NCBI RefSeq assembly: GCF_044704955.1
Contig: NW_027251778.1
Coordinates: 310,001 to 374,000 of the forward strand
Reading direction: 5' to 3'
Length of the DNA stretch: 64,000 nucleotides
From: Pristiophorus japonicus
Taxonomy: Eukaryota
The notes beneath the pieces were generated by a model. It ran no database searches and was not told the origin of the DNA. It saw nothing but the letters and a program-made list of their open reading frames with translations. How positions within the stretch are numbered: position 1 is the first letter of the stretch; every line of letters begins with the position of its first letter. The translations under genes and the position numbers were made by a program. This document shows, one piece after another, positions 52,210-64,000 of the stretch.

Positions 52210-52886
52210 GTAACTCTTTACACCTGTCGGCCAATTCGGGCACGGTATAATCTGGTAACTTATGTTCCAGATGCTGAATGTACGCTGCAATCAGTTTGAT
52301 CGCTTAAATGCTTTATAATTGTTTAGCGCTGTGAATTGTTAGTATCAGGAGTGCCCAGCCTGAGAGGGCCGTGAAACACATTCAATCGTAACTGGAAAAA
52401 GACAATTGGAGCAATAGCTCAATTTTCAGTCTCTCCTTCTCTCTGTCTCGGGAAAGAAAGGGAATAAAGAAATGAATAAGAAAGAAAGAAAGAGAGAATG
52501 AAAGAAAAGAAAAAATGAGAGAAGAAATGAAAGAAAGAAGGAGAGAAAGGACGGAGGAGAGAAAGAAGGAAGGTAGAAAGTAAGAAGTCGGGAAAGGAAG
52601 AATATTTTGTATCGGCACAAAGCTCATATATGTCAACCGTTCAAAACTTAATGAGGCTGGTGAGCACTGAATATATTGCACATTGCAAAAGCAGTCCTGT
52701 ATACTAATTATTCTTACATCTACACCTCAGAAACAAGCATTCGCATTGCCCAGATGTGGGGAAGTTCTATTGGATTCTCTTGCAATGACGTTACTTCCTC
52801 CACCAACCACAAAACCAGGCGCAAGGGGCGATAAGTTCCCATTGAGTGTCAGCAGGGCTGGGCTGGGCGGTGGGGAGTCTGTGATC

Positions 52887-54035
52887 ATGATATGCCCTGT
52901 TTGCCTATATACACTGTTGCTGCTTCTCGCAGGTAAGTCTTTTTACCTGTCGGGCAATTCGGGCCCGGTTTAATCTGGTAACTTATATTCGGGTTGCTGA
53001 ATGTACGCTGCAATTAGTTTGATCACTTAAGTGCTTTATAATTGTTTAGTGCAGCGAGTTGTTAGGATCAGGAGCGTCCTGCCTAAGAGGGCGTTGAAAC
53101 ACATTCAATAGTAACTCGCAAAAGGCAATTGGATCAAACGCTGAAGGGGGAAATTCTGCAGGGCTGTTGGGAGAATGTATTTCGGAGTAGGAATAATCGG
53201 GAGGGTGTTTCATAGAGACAGCACTGCCAGATGGAACAAAACGTCTCCTACTCTGCTGTAACACCCCATGTTCCTACAATTCTATTATATTGTGGTCTAA
53301 TTGGTTTCTACATATATGCACCTGCCTCGTCGCCTCCGTTTGAGCTGAAACTAGGACGGAACGAGACGGCGGGTCCAGACCGATTGCCCAGGTGAATGAG
53401 CCAAACCAGTCCGTCTGCCTCGACTGGTGGACGGTGCAAAGGAGCCAGAATCGGCGGCGCACGGGGTGAGAGCGGACCCCACTAACATGTTACCAACAAC
53501 ACCCCCCCCCCCCCAGCAATAATCACTGAGGCCAAGTGTCGCAATTTAGCGCCGCTCCGGTCGTGACCAGCTGGTACTCGGCCGTTCAGAGATGACGAGT
53601 CTGTATTTTCGCTGGGCCGACTGTGCGACTGTGTTGTGCATCGCGCGTTTTGGCAGAAAGTCTCTCTCTCTCTCTCTCTCCCCTTTGTAGCTGTTTATAT
53701 TTGACCTGAACTGTTTCTCCTGTTCCTCTGTAGCCCCTTGCAGGAGCGCTGTGGTTTCCCAGTGGCCGAACCGCCTGTCGCTTGGAGTGGGGCTCACCGC
53801 TGAAATGCACTGTTACCAGAACGACACAAGCCTATCCACCATGTACTGGTACCGGCAGCGTAGCGGGTCAGGTTTCCAGCTCATAGCGACTTCTGTCAGT
53901 ACCAACAACCCCACGCCTGAAGACAGTTTTAAGGAGAGGTTTAAAGGCACCAGACACGATCTTAAATCTTGCAGCTTAAAAATACTGATCGTGGAGCCGG
54001 ATGACACGGCTGTGTATTTCTGCGCTGCCAGTGAT
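52887..54035 (+). CDS. TRBV: TCR V segment A19 (leader 52887-52932, exon 53734-54035), intact, ends YFCAAS
   Basis: RSS from 54036. Confidence 0.87.
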
Positions 54036-54269
54036 CACAGTGATACAAGCAGGTTTAGCCTTGCATCAAAAACACATCACCCTCTCACAGTGAGTCGAAA
54101 ACTCACTGAAGCTGAGCTGATAAATGCTCCTGCAAGTTGCTGAAGGCCAACACCGTTTTCTGGTGATTGCAACGTGCTAAATAACGACAAATACTCTAAT
54201 TTAATAAAATCAAAAACGATTTCTGGATTGCAGATCAAAGGGATTATTTCAAACAAAGTCTTTGTGGTA

Positions 54270-55000
54270 ACATATGAAATAGGAGCAGGAGTGGGACATT
54301 TGGCCCCTCGAGGCTGCTCCGCCACTCAATAAGATCATGGCTGATCTGATCATGGGCTCAGCTCCACTTCCCCTCCCGCTCCCCATAACCCATGCCTTCC
54401 TTATCGATCAGAAATGCGTCTATCTCCACCTTAAATATGTTTAATGACCCAGCATCCACAGGGGTGGAGAACTCAAAAGTTTCACGAAGCTTTGAGAGAA
54501 GATATTCCTCCAATACTCCGTCTTAAATATGCGGACCCTTATTCTGAAACTATGACCCTTGTTCTAGATTCCCCCCACGAGGCGAAATGTCCTCTCTGTA
54601 TCTCCCCTGTCGAGCCCCCTCAAAATCCTGTCGGTTTCAATAAGTTCACCTCTCATTCCTCGAAACGCAATGTGTACAGGCCCAAACTGCTTAACTTTCT
54701 CCAGAAGGCAAACCCCTCATCTCAAGAATCAACCTCGTGAAGCTTCTCTGAACAGCCTCAAATGCAAGTATATCCTTCCTTCAATACGGAAACCAAAACT
54801 GTCCGCCGTACTCCAGGAGTGGTCTCACCAACCCTCTGTTGAAAGTAGATGCAGCTTTTAAAAGGAGGATTGGATATATACTTGAAAAGAACAACAGCAT
54901 GTCGGATTATGGGGAAAGTGCAGGGGGTGGGGTAGTCAGACTAATTGCATGATACAGACTGCATGGGCTAGATTGACTCCTTTTGCTCTCTGTCAATTTG
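54270..55000 (-). mobile_element. CR1-like LINE fragment plus tail
   Basis: Homologous to 4712-5440. Confidence 0.78.
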
Positions 55001-55147
55001 TGCCGGTTTTCTGCCTCCACATTTACTTTAAATCGTTGCTTGCTGTCTGCCTTGATCGACAGAATACCGTCGTTAAAAGAAAATCAGTCAAATGACTTGC
55101 TGATTGCATTTCTGATCGATCTTAATTGAGCCCCTATTCCTTTCCAG

Positions 55148-55453
55148 GCAATGTGCTGTCAGACCCGCTAGCCCAGTGGCCCGCTACCATTGTTGCAGTT
55201 CAGCAAGGCAGCGCCGAACTGCGTTGTTTAAGCAATGGATTCGCCCGTCAGACCCTGCTTCGGTATAAATTAGCTGGAGAAGGGCCCGTGTTAATTGGCT
55301 ATGTCATCTGGTCGTCGCAAACCCAAATGGCAGAGGGATTAAAGGCGAGATTTCACATGGCACGAGGCGAGACTGAAAGGAAAGCCAGTCTCCGGATTAG
55401 CGGCTTGTGAGCGAGCGACCAGGCGGTGTATTACTGCGCCGAAAGTGTTGGAG
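55148..55453 (+). pseudogene. TRBV: Family-B V B13, pseudogene
   Basis: Conserved Trp changed to Arg; TGA at 55408-55410; RSS from 55454. Confidence 0.85.
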
Positions 55454-56020
55454 CACAGCGCTACAGACAGAGGCACAACCCCGTCCCAAACCACCAGCAA
55501 CTGGTTGCTTTGTGCAGATCAGTTATACCTATTTCCATTATTCCCAATGGGAGCTCAATTTTCAGTCTCTTCTTCTCTCTGTCTCGAGAAAGAAAGGAAG
55601 AAAGAAATGAATAAGAAGGAAAGAAGGAGAGAATGAAAGAAAGAAAACATGAGAGAAGAAATGAAAGATTGAAGGAGAGAAAGAAAGGAGGAGAGAAAAA
55701 AGGAAGGGAGAAAGTAAGAAGTCGGGAAAGGAAGAATAATTTGTATCGGCACAAAGCTCATATATGTCAACCGTTCAAAACTTAATGAACCTGGCGAGCA
55801 CTGAATAGATTGCACGTTGCAAAAGCATTCATGTGTACTAATTATTCTTACATCTACACCTCAGAAACAAGCATTCGCATTGCCCGGATGAGGGGAAGTT
55901 CTATTGGATACTCTTGCAATGACGTTACTTCCCCCACCAACCACAAAACGAGGCGCAGGAGGCGATGAGGTCACACTGAGTGTCGGCAGTACTGGGCTGG
56001 GAGGTGGGGAGTTTGTGATC

Positions 56021-57160
56021 ATGATGTGCACTCTTTGCCTATATACACTGTTGCTGGTGCTCGCAGGTAAATCTTTATATCTGTCGGGCAATTCGGGCCC
56101 GGTTTAATCTGCTAAGATATATTCGGGTTGCTGAATGTACGCTGCAATCACTTAGATCACTTAAAGGGTTTATAATTGTTTCACGCAGCGAGTTATTAGG
56201 ATCAGTAGTGTCCTGCCTGAGAGGGCGGTGGAACACATTAAATAGTAACTCGCAAAAGCCAATTGGATCAGTAGCTGAAGGGGGAAATTCTGCAGGGCTG
56301 TTGGGAGAAGGTATGTTGGAGTAGGAATAATCGAGAGGGTGTTTCAAAGAGAAAGCGCTGCAAGTTGGAGCAAATGTTCTCCTACTCTGCTGTAACAAAC
56401 CGTGTTCCTACCAATATATTATATTGTGGCCTGATTGGTTTCTAAATATATGTCATGTTTCTCGTCACCTCCGTTTGATGTGAAAGCTGAACAGGCCGAG
56501 GTGGCGAGTCCCAGCCGATTGCCCAGGGTGAGTGAGCCAAACCAGTCCATCTCCATAGACTGGTGCACGGTGCAAAGGAGCCAGATTCGGCGGCGCAGGG
56601 GATGAGCGGATCCCGCTAACATTTTGCCCGCCTCCCCACCCTCAGGAACGGGCACTGAGGCCAAGAGTAGCGATTTGGCGCTGCTCCCGTCGTGATCAGC
56701 TGATACGAGGCCATTCACAAATAACGAGTCTGTATTTTAGCTTGGCGAAGTATTCGACTGTGGTGTGCATCGCGCATTTGACAGAACCATCTCTCTCTCT
56801 CTATCCCTGCTGTAACTATTTATATTTGACCCGACGTGTTTCTCCTGATTCTCTGTAGCCCCTTGCAGGAGCGCTCTGCTTTCCCAGATGTCGAACCAGC
56901 TATCGCTTGGAGCGGGGCTCACCGCTGAAATGCACTGTTACCAGGACGGCACCAACCTAAACTACATGTACTGGTACCGGCAGCGTAGCGGGACAGGATT
57001 CGAGCTCATGGCGATCTCATTCGGCACATCGGTCCCCACATTTGAAAATGGTTTCAAGGACAGGTTTAAAGGCACCAGGCACGATGTTAAATCTTGCAGC
57101 CTAAAAATACAGAGCGTGGAGCTGGCTGACACAGCGGCGTATTACTGCGCTGCCAGTGAT
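56021..57160 (+). CDS. TRBV: TCR V segment A20 (leader 56021-56066, exon 56859-57160), intact
   Basis: RSS from 57161. Confidence 0.87.
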
Positions 57161-57391
57161 CACAGTGATTCAGGCAGGTTTAGACCCGCGTCAAAAACAC
57201 ACCACCCTCTCATACTGAGCTGAAAACTTACTGAAGCAGAGCTCAAAAAGTCACCTGCACATCGATGGAAGCTCACAGCGTATTCTGCTAATGCAACGTG
57301 TAGAATGAGGACATCTATTCTATTTTAGAAACGCGAAAAACGATTTCTGGATTCCAGATCAAACGGATTATTTCAACCAAATTATTTATGA

Positions 57392-58125
57392 GAACATAAG
57401 AACTAGGAGCAGGAGTCGGCCATTCCGCCTGTCGAGACTGGCTTCAATAGGATCATGGCAGATCTGATCATGGACTCAGCTCCAGTTCCCCGCCCCCTCC
57501 CACTAGCCCTTTGCTTCGATATGGCTCAGAAATCTGTCTATCTCCCCCTTAATTAAATTCAATGACCCAGCCTGCACAGCTCTCTCTGGAAGAGAAGTCA
57601 AAAGTTTCATGAACCTCTGAGAGAAGAAATTCCTCCACATCTTCATCTCAAATGGGTGACCCCTTATTCTGAAACTATGCCTCCTAGGTCTAGTTTCTGC
57701 CACGAGGGGAAACATCCTCTCTGAATCTCCCCTGTCGAGGCCCCTCAGAATCATATACTTTTCAATAAGATCACCTCATTCTTCTAAACGCCAATGTGTA
57801 TAGGCCCAACCTGCATAACCTTTCCTCAGAAGGCAACCCCTTCATCTCAGGAATCAACCTCGTGAACCTTCTCTGAACAGCCTCCAATGCAACTATACCC
57901 TTCCTTAAATACGGAGAGCAAAACTGTACGCAGTACTCCAGGTGTGGTCTCACCAAAGCCCTGTGGAAAGCAGATTCAACATTTAAAAGGAGTTTTGGAT
58001 ATATACTTGAAAAGAACAACAACATGTCGGGCTATGGGGAAAGAGCAGGGGGTGGGGTAGTCAGATTAATTGCATGATGCAGACTGCGCGGGCTAGATTG
58101 GCTCCTTTTGCTCTCTGTGAATTTG
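57392..58125 (-). mobile_element. CR1-like LINE fragment plus tail
   Basis: ORFs 57503-57754 and 57771-58025 carry CR1 motifs. Confidence 0.83.
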
Positions 58126-58274
58126 TGCAGATTTTCTGCCTCCATATTTTTAATTAAATCATTGCTTGCTGTCTGTCATTTGCACAGAATATCGTGGGTT
58201 AAAAAAAACTTCAGCCAAATGCCTCGTTGATTGGATTTCTGATCGATCTTAATTGAGCCCCTATTCCTTTCCAG

Positions 58275-58580
58275 GTAATGCGCTGTCAGGCCCGCTGGCC
58301 CAGTGGCCCGCTACCAATGTTGCAGTACAGCAAGGCAGCGCGGAACTGAGTTGTTTAAGCAATGGATTCGCCCGTCAGACCCTGCTTCGGTATAAATGCG
58401 TCCGGGAGGGGCCCGTGTTAATTGGCTATTTCATCTGGTCATCGCAACCCCAAATGGCAGAGTGATTGAAGGCGAGATGTCACATGGCGCGAAGCGAGAC
58501 TGAAAGGAAAGCCAGGCTCCGGATTAGCGGCTTGCGAGCGAGCGACCAGGCGGTGTATTACTGCGCCGATACCGTTGGAG
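58275..58580 (+). pseudogene. TRBV: Family-B V B14, pseudogene
   Basis: Trp changed to Arg; TGA at 58463-58465; heptamer CACAGTA. Confidence 0.85.
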
Positions 58581-59139
58581 CACAGTACTACAGGCAGAGG
58601 CACAACCCGGCCCCAAACCGCCAGAAACTGATTGCTTTGTGCAGATCCGTTACACGTATTTCCATCATTCCCCAGGTGAGCTCAATGTTCAGTTTCTCCT
58701 TCTCTCTGTCTCGAGAAAAAAAGGAAGAAAGAAATGAATAAGAAAGAAAGAAGCAATGATGGAAATAAAGAAAAAATGAGAGAAGAAATGAAAGAAAGAA
58801 GGAGAGAAAGAAAGAGGAGAGACAAAAGGAAGGGAGCAAGTAAGAATTAGTGAAGGGAAGAATGTTTTGCATCTGCACAAAACTCACATATGTCAACCAT
58901 TGAAAACGTAATGAAACTGGCGAGCACTGAATAGATTGCCCATTGCAAAACAGTGCTGTGTACTAATATTCATACAGTCTCAGAAACAAGCATTCGCATT
59001 TCCCGGATGAGGGGAAGTTATATTAGATACTCTTGCAATGACGTTACTTCCTCCACCAACCACAAAACGAGGCGCAGGGGGCGATAAGTTCCCATTGAGT
59101 ATCAGCAATGCTGGGATGTGAGGTGGGCAGTCTGTGATC

Positions 59140-60258
59140 ATGATGAGTACAGTTTGCCTATATACACTGTTGCTGGTTCTCGCAGGTAACTCTTTACACC
59201 TGTCGGGCAATTCGGCCCAGGTTTAATCTGGTAACTTATATTCGGTTGCTGAATATACGCTGCAATCAGTTAGATCACTTAAATGGTGTATAATTGTTTA
59301 GCACAGCGAGTTGTTAGGGTCAGTAGTGTCCTGCCTGAGAGGACGGTGGAAAACATTCAATAGTAACTCGCAAAAGACAATTGGATCAATAGCTGAAGGG
59401 GGAAATTCTGCAGGGCTGTGGGGAGAAGGCGTTTCGGTGTTGGAATAATCAGGAGGTTGTTACAAAGAGACAGCAGCTCCAGATGGACCAAATCGTTTGC
59501 TACCCTGTTGTGACACCCTATGTTCCGACAAATCCATTTTAATTGGTATCTCGATATAAGTCACGTGCCTCGTTGCATCACTTTGCGCTGAAGGTTGGGC
59601 GGGCCGGGGCAGCGGGTCCAGAGCGATTGCCCAGGTGAGTGAGCCGAACACATCCGTCTCCATCAAATGGTGGATGGTGCAAAGGAGCTAGAATCGCGGG
59701 CACACGGGGTGAGAGGAGCCCGCTAACATGTTGCATTCCCTCCCCCCCCCCACGCCCCCACCACCAGCAACGGGCACTGAGACCAAGTTTAGCAATTTTA
59801 CAATGTTCTGGTCGTGATCAGCTGACGCTAGGACATCCACATTTGACGACTCTATATTTTATCTGGGCGTACTGTTCGACTGTGGTGTGCATCGCGCGTT
59901 TTGACAGAAAGTGTCTCTCTCTATATTTGTATCCCTGATGTACCTGTTTATATTTGACGCGACCTGTTTCTCCTGTTCCCCTGTAGCCCCTTGCAGGAGC
60001 GCTCTCGTTTCCCCGTGGTCGAAAACTCCTGTTGCTTGGAGCGGGGCTCACTGCTGAAATGCATTCTTACCAGAACGACTCCAGCTATAGCTACATGTAC
60101 TGGTACCGGCAGCGTAGCGGGCCAGGCTTTCAGCTCATCGTGAGCTCGATCAGCACCAACAACCCCACGGCTGAAGACAGTTTCAAGGAGAGGTTTAAAG
60201 GCACCAGACCCGATGTTAAATCTTGCAGCCTAAAAATACTGCGCCGATAGCGTTGGAG
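59140..60258 (+). pseudogene. TRBV: Chimeric A21/B pseudogene (leader 59140-59185, exon from 59987)
   Basis: +1 insertion in FR1; 1st Cys changed to Ser; fused at TACTG (60237-60241) to a family-B end and RSS 60259-60297. Confidence 0.85.
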
Positions 60259-60389
60259 CACAGCGCTGCAGACAGAGGCACAACCCGGCCCCAAACCGCC
60301 AGAAACTGATTGCTTTGTGCAGATCCGTTACACGTTTTTCCATCATTCCCCAGGTGAGCTCAATTTTCAGTCTCTCCTTCTCTCTGTCT

Positions 60390-60855
60390 GGAGAAAGAAA
60401 GGATGGAAGAAAGAAAGAAGAAGAGAAAGTAGAGATAGGAAGATAGGAAAAAGGAGAGAAGGAATGAAAGAAAGAAGGAGAGAAATAAAGACGGAAAGCA
60501 TGAAAGAAGGGGAGAAAGTAAGACAGCAGGGAAGAAAGGAGAGAAAGAACGAAGGAGAGAAAGAACAAAAAGGAGAAAGAAAGAGTGAGCGAAAGAAAGA
60601 TCAGAAAGAAAGAAGGAGATAAAGAAAGAAGGAGGTTAAGTAGAAGGAGAGAAAGAATGGAGAGAAAGGAAGAAGGCGTGCAAGAAAGAATGAAAGAGGA
60701 AAAGAAAACACGAGAGAAATAAAGAAGGAGCAAAAGAAATAAGGAAAGAAGGAAAGAAGGAGATAATGAAAGAAGTGGAGAAAGAAGGAAGGGGAGAAAG
60801 GAAGAAGGATAGAAAGGAAGAAGGAGAGAAAGAAAGAAGTAGAGAACGAAAGAAT
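60390..60855. repeat. Purine-rich tract
   Basis: Direct inspection. Confidence 0.88.
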
Positions 60856-61143
60856 GTTGTGTATCTGCACACAGCTCATATATATCAACAGTTCAAAAGG
60901 TAATGAAACTCGCGAACACTGTCAATAGATTGCACATTGCAAATGCAGTCCTATGTATTGATTATTCCTGCATCTACACCTCAGAAACAAGAATCTGCAT
61001 TGCCCGGATGAGGAAATTTTTTTTTAGACACTCTTGCAATGACGTTACTTCCTGCACCACCAACAAAAAGAGGAGCAGGTGGCGATAAGATCCTATTGTA
61101 TGTCAGCAGGGCTGCTCTGTGAGGTGGGGAGTCTGTGATCATC

Positions 61144-62262
61144 ATGTGCACTGTTTGCCTAAATACACTGTTGCTGGTTCTCGCAGGTAACTCTTTATAC
61201 CTGTCGGGCAATTCGTGCCCGGTGTAATCTGGTAACTTATATTCGGGTTGCTGAATGTACGCTGCAATCAGTTAGATCATTTAAATGTTTCATAATTGTT
61301 TAGCGCAGCAAGTTGTTAGGATCAGGGGTGTGCTGCCTGAGAGGGCGGTGGAACACATTCAATAGTAACTCGCAAAACGCAATTGCATCAATAGCTGTCG
61401 GGGGAAATTCTGCAGGGCTGCAGGGAGAAGGTGTGTTGGAGTAGGATTAATCGGGATGTTGTTTCAAAGAGATAGCACTGCAAGTTGGAGCACATAGTAT
61501 CCGACCATTATATAACACCGCATTTTCCTACAAATCCATTATATTGTGGCCTAATAGGTTTCTAAATATATGTCACATTCCTCATCGCCTCCCTTTGAGC
61601 TGAAATTTGGACGGGGTGAGGCGGCGGGTCCCGGCCGATTGGCCAGGTGAGTGAGGCGAACAAGTCCGTCTCCATAGACTGGTGGATGATGCAAAGGAGC
61701 CAGAGTCCGTGGCGCAGATAATGAGGGGAGCCCGCTAACATGTTGCCCCCACCCGTGAAGCAATGGGCACTGACGACTAGTGTAGCGATTTAGCGCCGCT
61801 GCGGTCGTAATCAGCATTCAAAGACAACGAGTCTGTATTTTAGCAGGTCGAACTATTTGACTGTGGTGTGCATCGCGCGTTTTGTCAGAAAGTGTCTCTC
61901 TCTCTCTCTCTCTATCCCCGTTGTAGCTGTTTATATTTGACCAGACCCGTTTCTCCTGTTACTCTGTAGCCCCTTGCAGGAGTGCGTTCGTTTCCCAGTG
62001 GCCGAACCGGCTGTCGCTTGGAGCGGGGCTCACCGCTGAAATGCACTGTTACCAGAACGACACCAGCGAAAATTACATGTACTGGTACCGGCAGCGTAGC
62101 GGGTCAGGCTTCCAGCTCATAGCGACCTCGTTCTCCATCAGCGACCCCACGCCTGAAGACAGTTTCAAGGAGAGGTTTAAAGGCACCAGACGCGATATTA
62201 AATCTTGCATACTGAGCCTGGAGCCGGTTGACATGGTGGTGTATTACTGCGCTGCCAGTGAT
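61144..62262 (+). pseudogene. TRBV: Family-A V A22: open frame but probably non-rearranging (leader 61144-61186, exon 61970-62262)
   Basis: 9-nt deletion removes SLK in FR3; heptamer CGCAGTG lacks the essential CAC. Confidence 0.78.
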
Positions 62263-62495
62263 CGCAGTGATGCAAGCAGGATTAGCCCGACGTCAAAAAC
62301 ACATCACCTCTCACACTGAGCCGAAAACTGACTTAAGCAGAGTTAAAAAAGTCACCTTCTCATCGATGAATGCTCAGCACGTTTTCTGGTGACTGCAACG
62401 TGTTGAATAAGGGCATCTATTCTAATTTAGAATAATCAAAAAAGATTTCTGGATACCAAATCAAACGGATTATTTCAACCAAATTCTTTATGATA

Positions 62496-63235
62496 ACATA
62501 TGAAATAAGAGCATGGGTGGGCCATTCAGCCCCTCGAGCCTGCTCCGCCTCTCAATAAGGTCAGGGCTGATCTGATTATGGACTCAGTTCCACTTCGCCG
62601 CCTATTCCCCATAACCCTTGCCTTCCTTATCAATCAAAAATCTGTCTGTCTCCACCTTAAATATATTCAATGACCCAACCTCCACAGGTCTGTGGGGTGG
62701 AGAATTCAAAAGTTTCATGAACCTCTGACCGAAGAAATTCCTCCACATCTCCGTCTTAAATATGCGGTCTCTAATTCTGAAACTATGTCCCCTAATTCTA
62801 GATTCCCCCCAGGAGGGGAAACATCCTCTCTGCATCTCCCCTGTCGAGCCTCCACTGAATCTTATACTTTTGAATAAGATCACCTCATTCCTCTAAACGC
62901 CAATGTGTACATGCGCAACCTGCTTAACCTTTCCTCAGAAGGGAACCACCTCATCTCAGGAATCAACCACGTGAAGCTTCTCTGAACAGCCTCCAATGCA
63001 AGTATATACTTCCTTAAATAGGGAGAGCAAAACTGCACACAGTACTCCAGGTGTGGTCTCACCAACGCACTGTTGGAAGCAGATTCAGCTTTTAAAAGGA
63101 ATTTTGGATATATACTTGCAAAGAACAACAACATGTCGGGCTATGGGGAAAAAGCAGGGGTTGGGATAGTCCTATTCATTGCATGATGCAGACTGCACGG
63201 GCTAGCTTGGCTCCTTCTGCGCTCTGTGAATTTGT
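62496..63235 (-). mobile_element. CR1-like LINE fragment plus tail
   Basis: ORFs 62602-62883 and 62880-63134 carry CR1 motifs. Confidence 0.83.
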
Positions 63236-63369
63236 GCAGATTTTCTGCCTCCAATATAATTTTTAGTTGTTGCTTGCTCTCTTCCTTGATCCACAGAATT
63301 AAACTTCAGTCAAATGCCTCGTTGATTGCGTTTCTGATCGATCTTAATTGAGCCCCTATTCCTTTCCAG

Positions 63370-63675
63370 GTAATGCGCTGTCAGGCCCGCTCGCCCAGTG
63401 GCCCGCTACCATTGTTGCAGTACAGCAAGGCAGCGCCGAACTGAGTTGTTTCCGCAATGGATTCGCCCGTCAGACCCTGCTTTGGTATAAATTCGTCGGA
63501 GAGGGGCCCGTGATAATTGGCTATTTCATCTGGTCGTCGCAACCCCAAATGGCAGAAGAATTGAAGGCGAGATTTCACATGGCACGAAGCGAGAGTGCAA
63601 GGAAAGCCATCCTCCGCATTAGCGGCTTGCGAGCGAGCGACCAGGCGGTGTATTACTGCGCCGATAGCGTTGGAG
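63370..63675 (+). CDS. TRBV: Family-B V exon B15, open frame, leaderless, diverged from the B3 group
   Basis: Cys/Trp/Cys intact; RSS CACAGCG at 63676, TCCCAAACC 63706-63714. Confidence 0.82.
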
Positions 63676-64000
63676 CACAGCGATACAGGCAGAGGCACAA
63701 CCCGGTCCCAAACCTCCTGAAACTGATTGCTTTGTGCAGATCCGTTACACGTATTTCCATCATTCCCCAGGTGATCTGAATTTTCAGTCTCTCCTTCTCT
63801 CTGTCTCGAGAACGAAAGGAAAGAAGAAAGGTAGAAGCAGGAATGAAGGAGAGAATGAAAGTAATAAAAATTGAGAGAAGGAATGAAAGAAAGAAGGAGA
63901 GAAAGAAAGGAGGGGAGGAAGAAGCAAGGGAGAAAGTAAAAAGGAGCGAAAGGAAGAATGTTTTGTATCTGCACAAAGCTCATATATGTCAACCGTTCAA

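Noticed and set aside
1-64000. Prokaryotic features (CRISPR, operons) or an Ig heavy/light cluster
   Set aside because: Spliceosomal introns, LINEs and RSSs indicate a vertebrate locus; no octamer ATGCAAAT at the promoters and no V-D-J-C clusters

Overview
Vertebrate genomic DNA, most likely from a cartilaginous fish (inferred from shark-type CR1/HER1-like LINE tails). It contains a dense array of antigen-receptor V segments, all on the + strand, most consistent with the T-cell receptor beta V region: YYCAAS/YYCADS ends, 23-bp-spacer RSSs and CRE-like promoters. No D, J or C segment is visible. The array repeats one cassette: promoter, 46-nt leader exon, intron, family-A V, 23-RSS, CR1 fragments, family-B V, 23-RSS, purine-rich tract. 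I count 22 family-A loci (16 with open frame and intact RSS) and 16 family-B loci (5 with open frame and RSS). The array was expanded by an 8,309-bp tandem repeat plus smaller duplications and microhomology deletions. Main observation: family-B V exons have no promoter or leader exon of their own, yet they keep a phase-1 splice acceptor and an RSS and show a synonymous excess between intact copies. Within cassettes, A and B also tend to be inactivated reciprocally. This suggests a 'one leader, two alternative V exons' system. All coordinates and counts are by hand; LINE and repeat boundaries are approximate.
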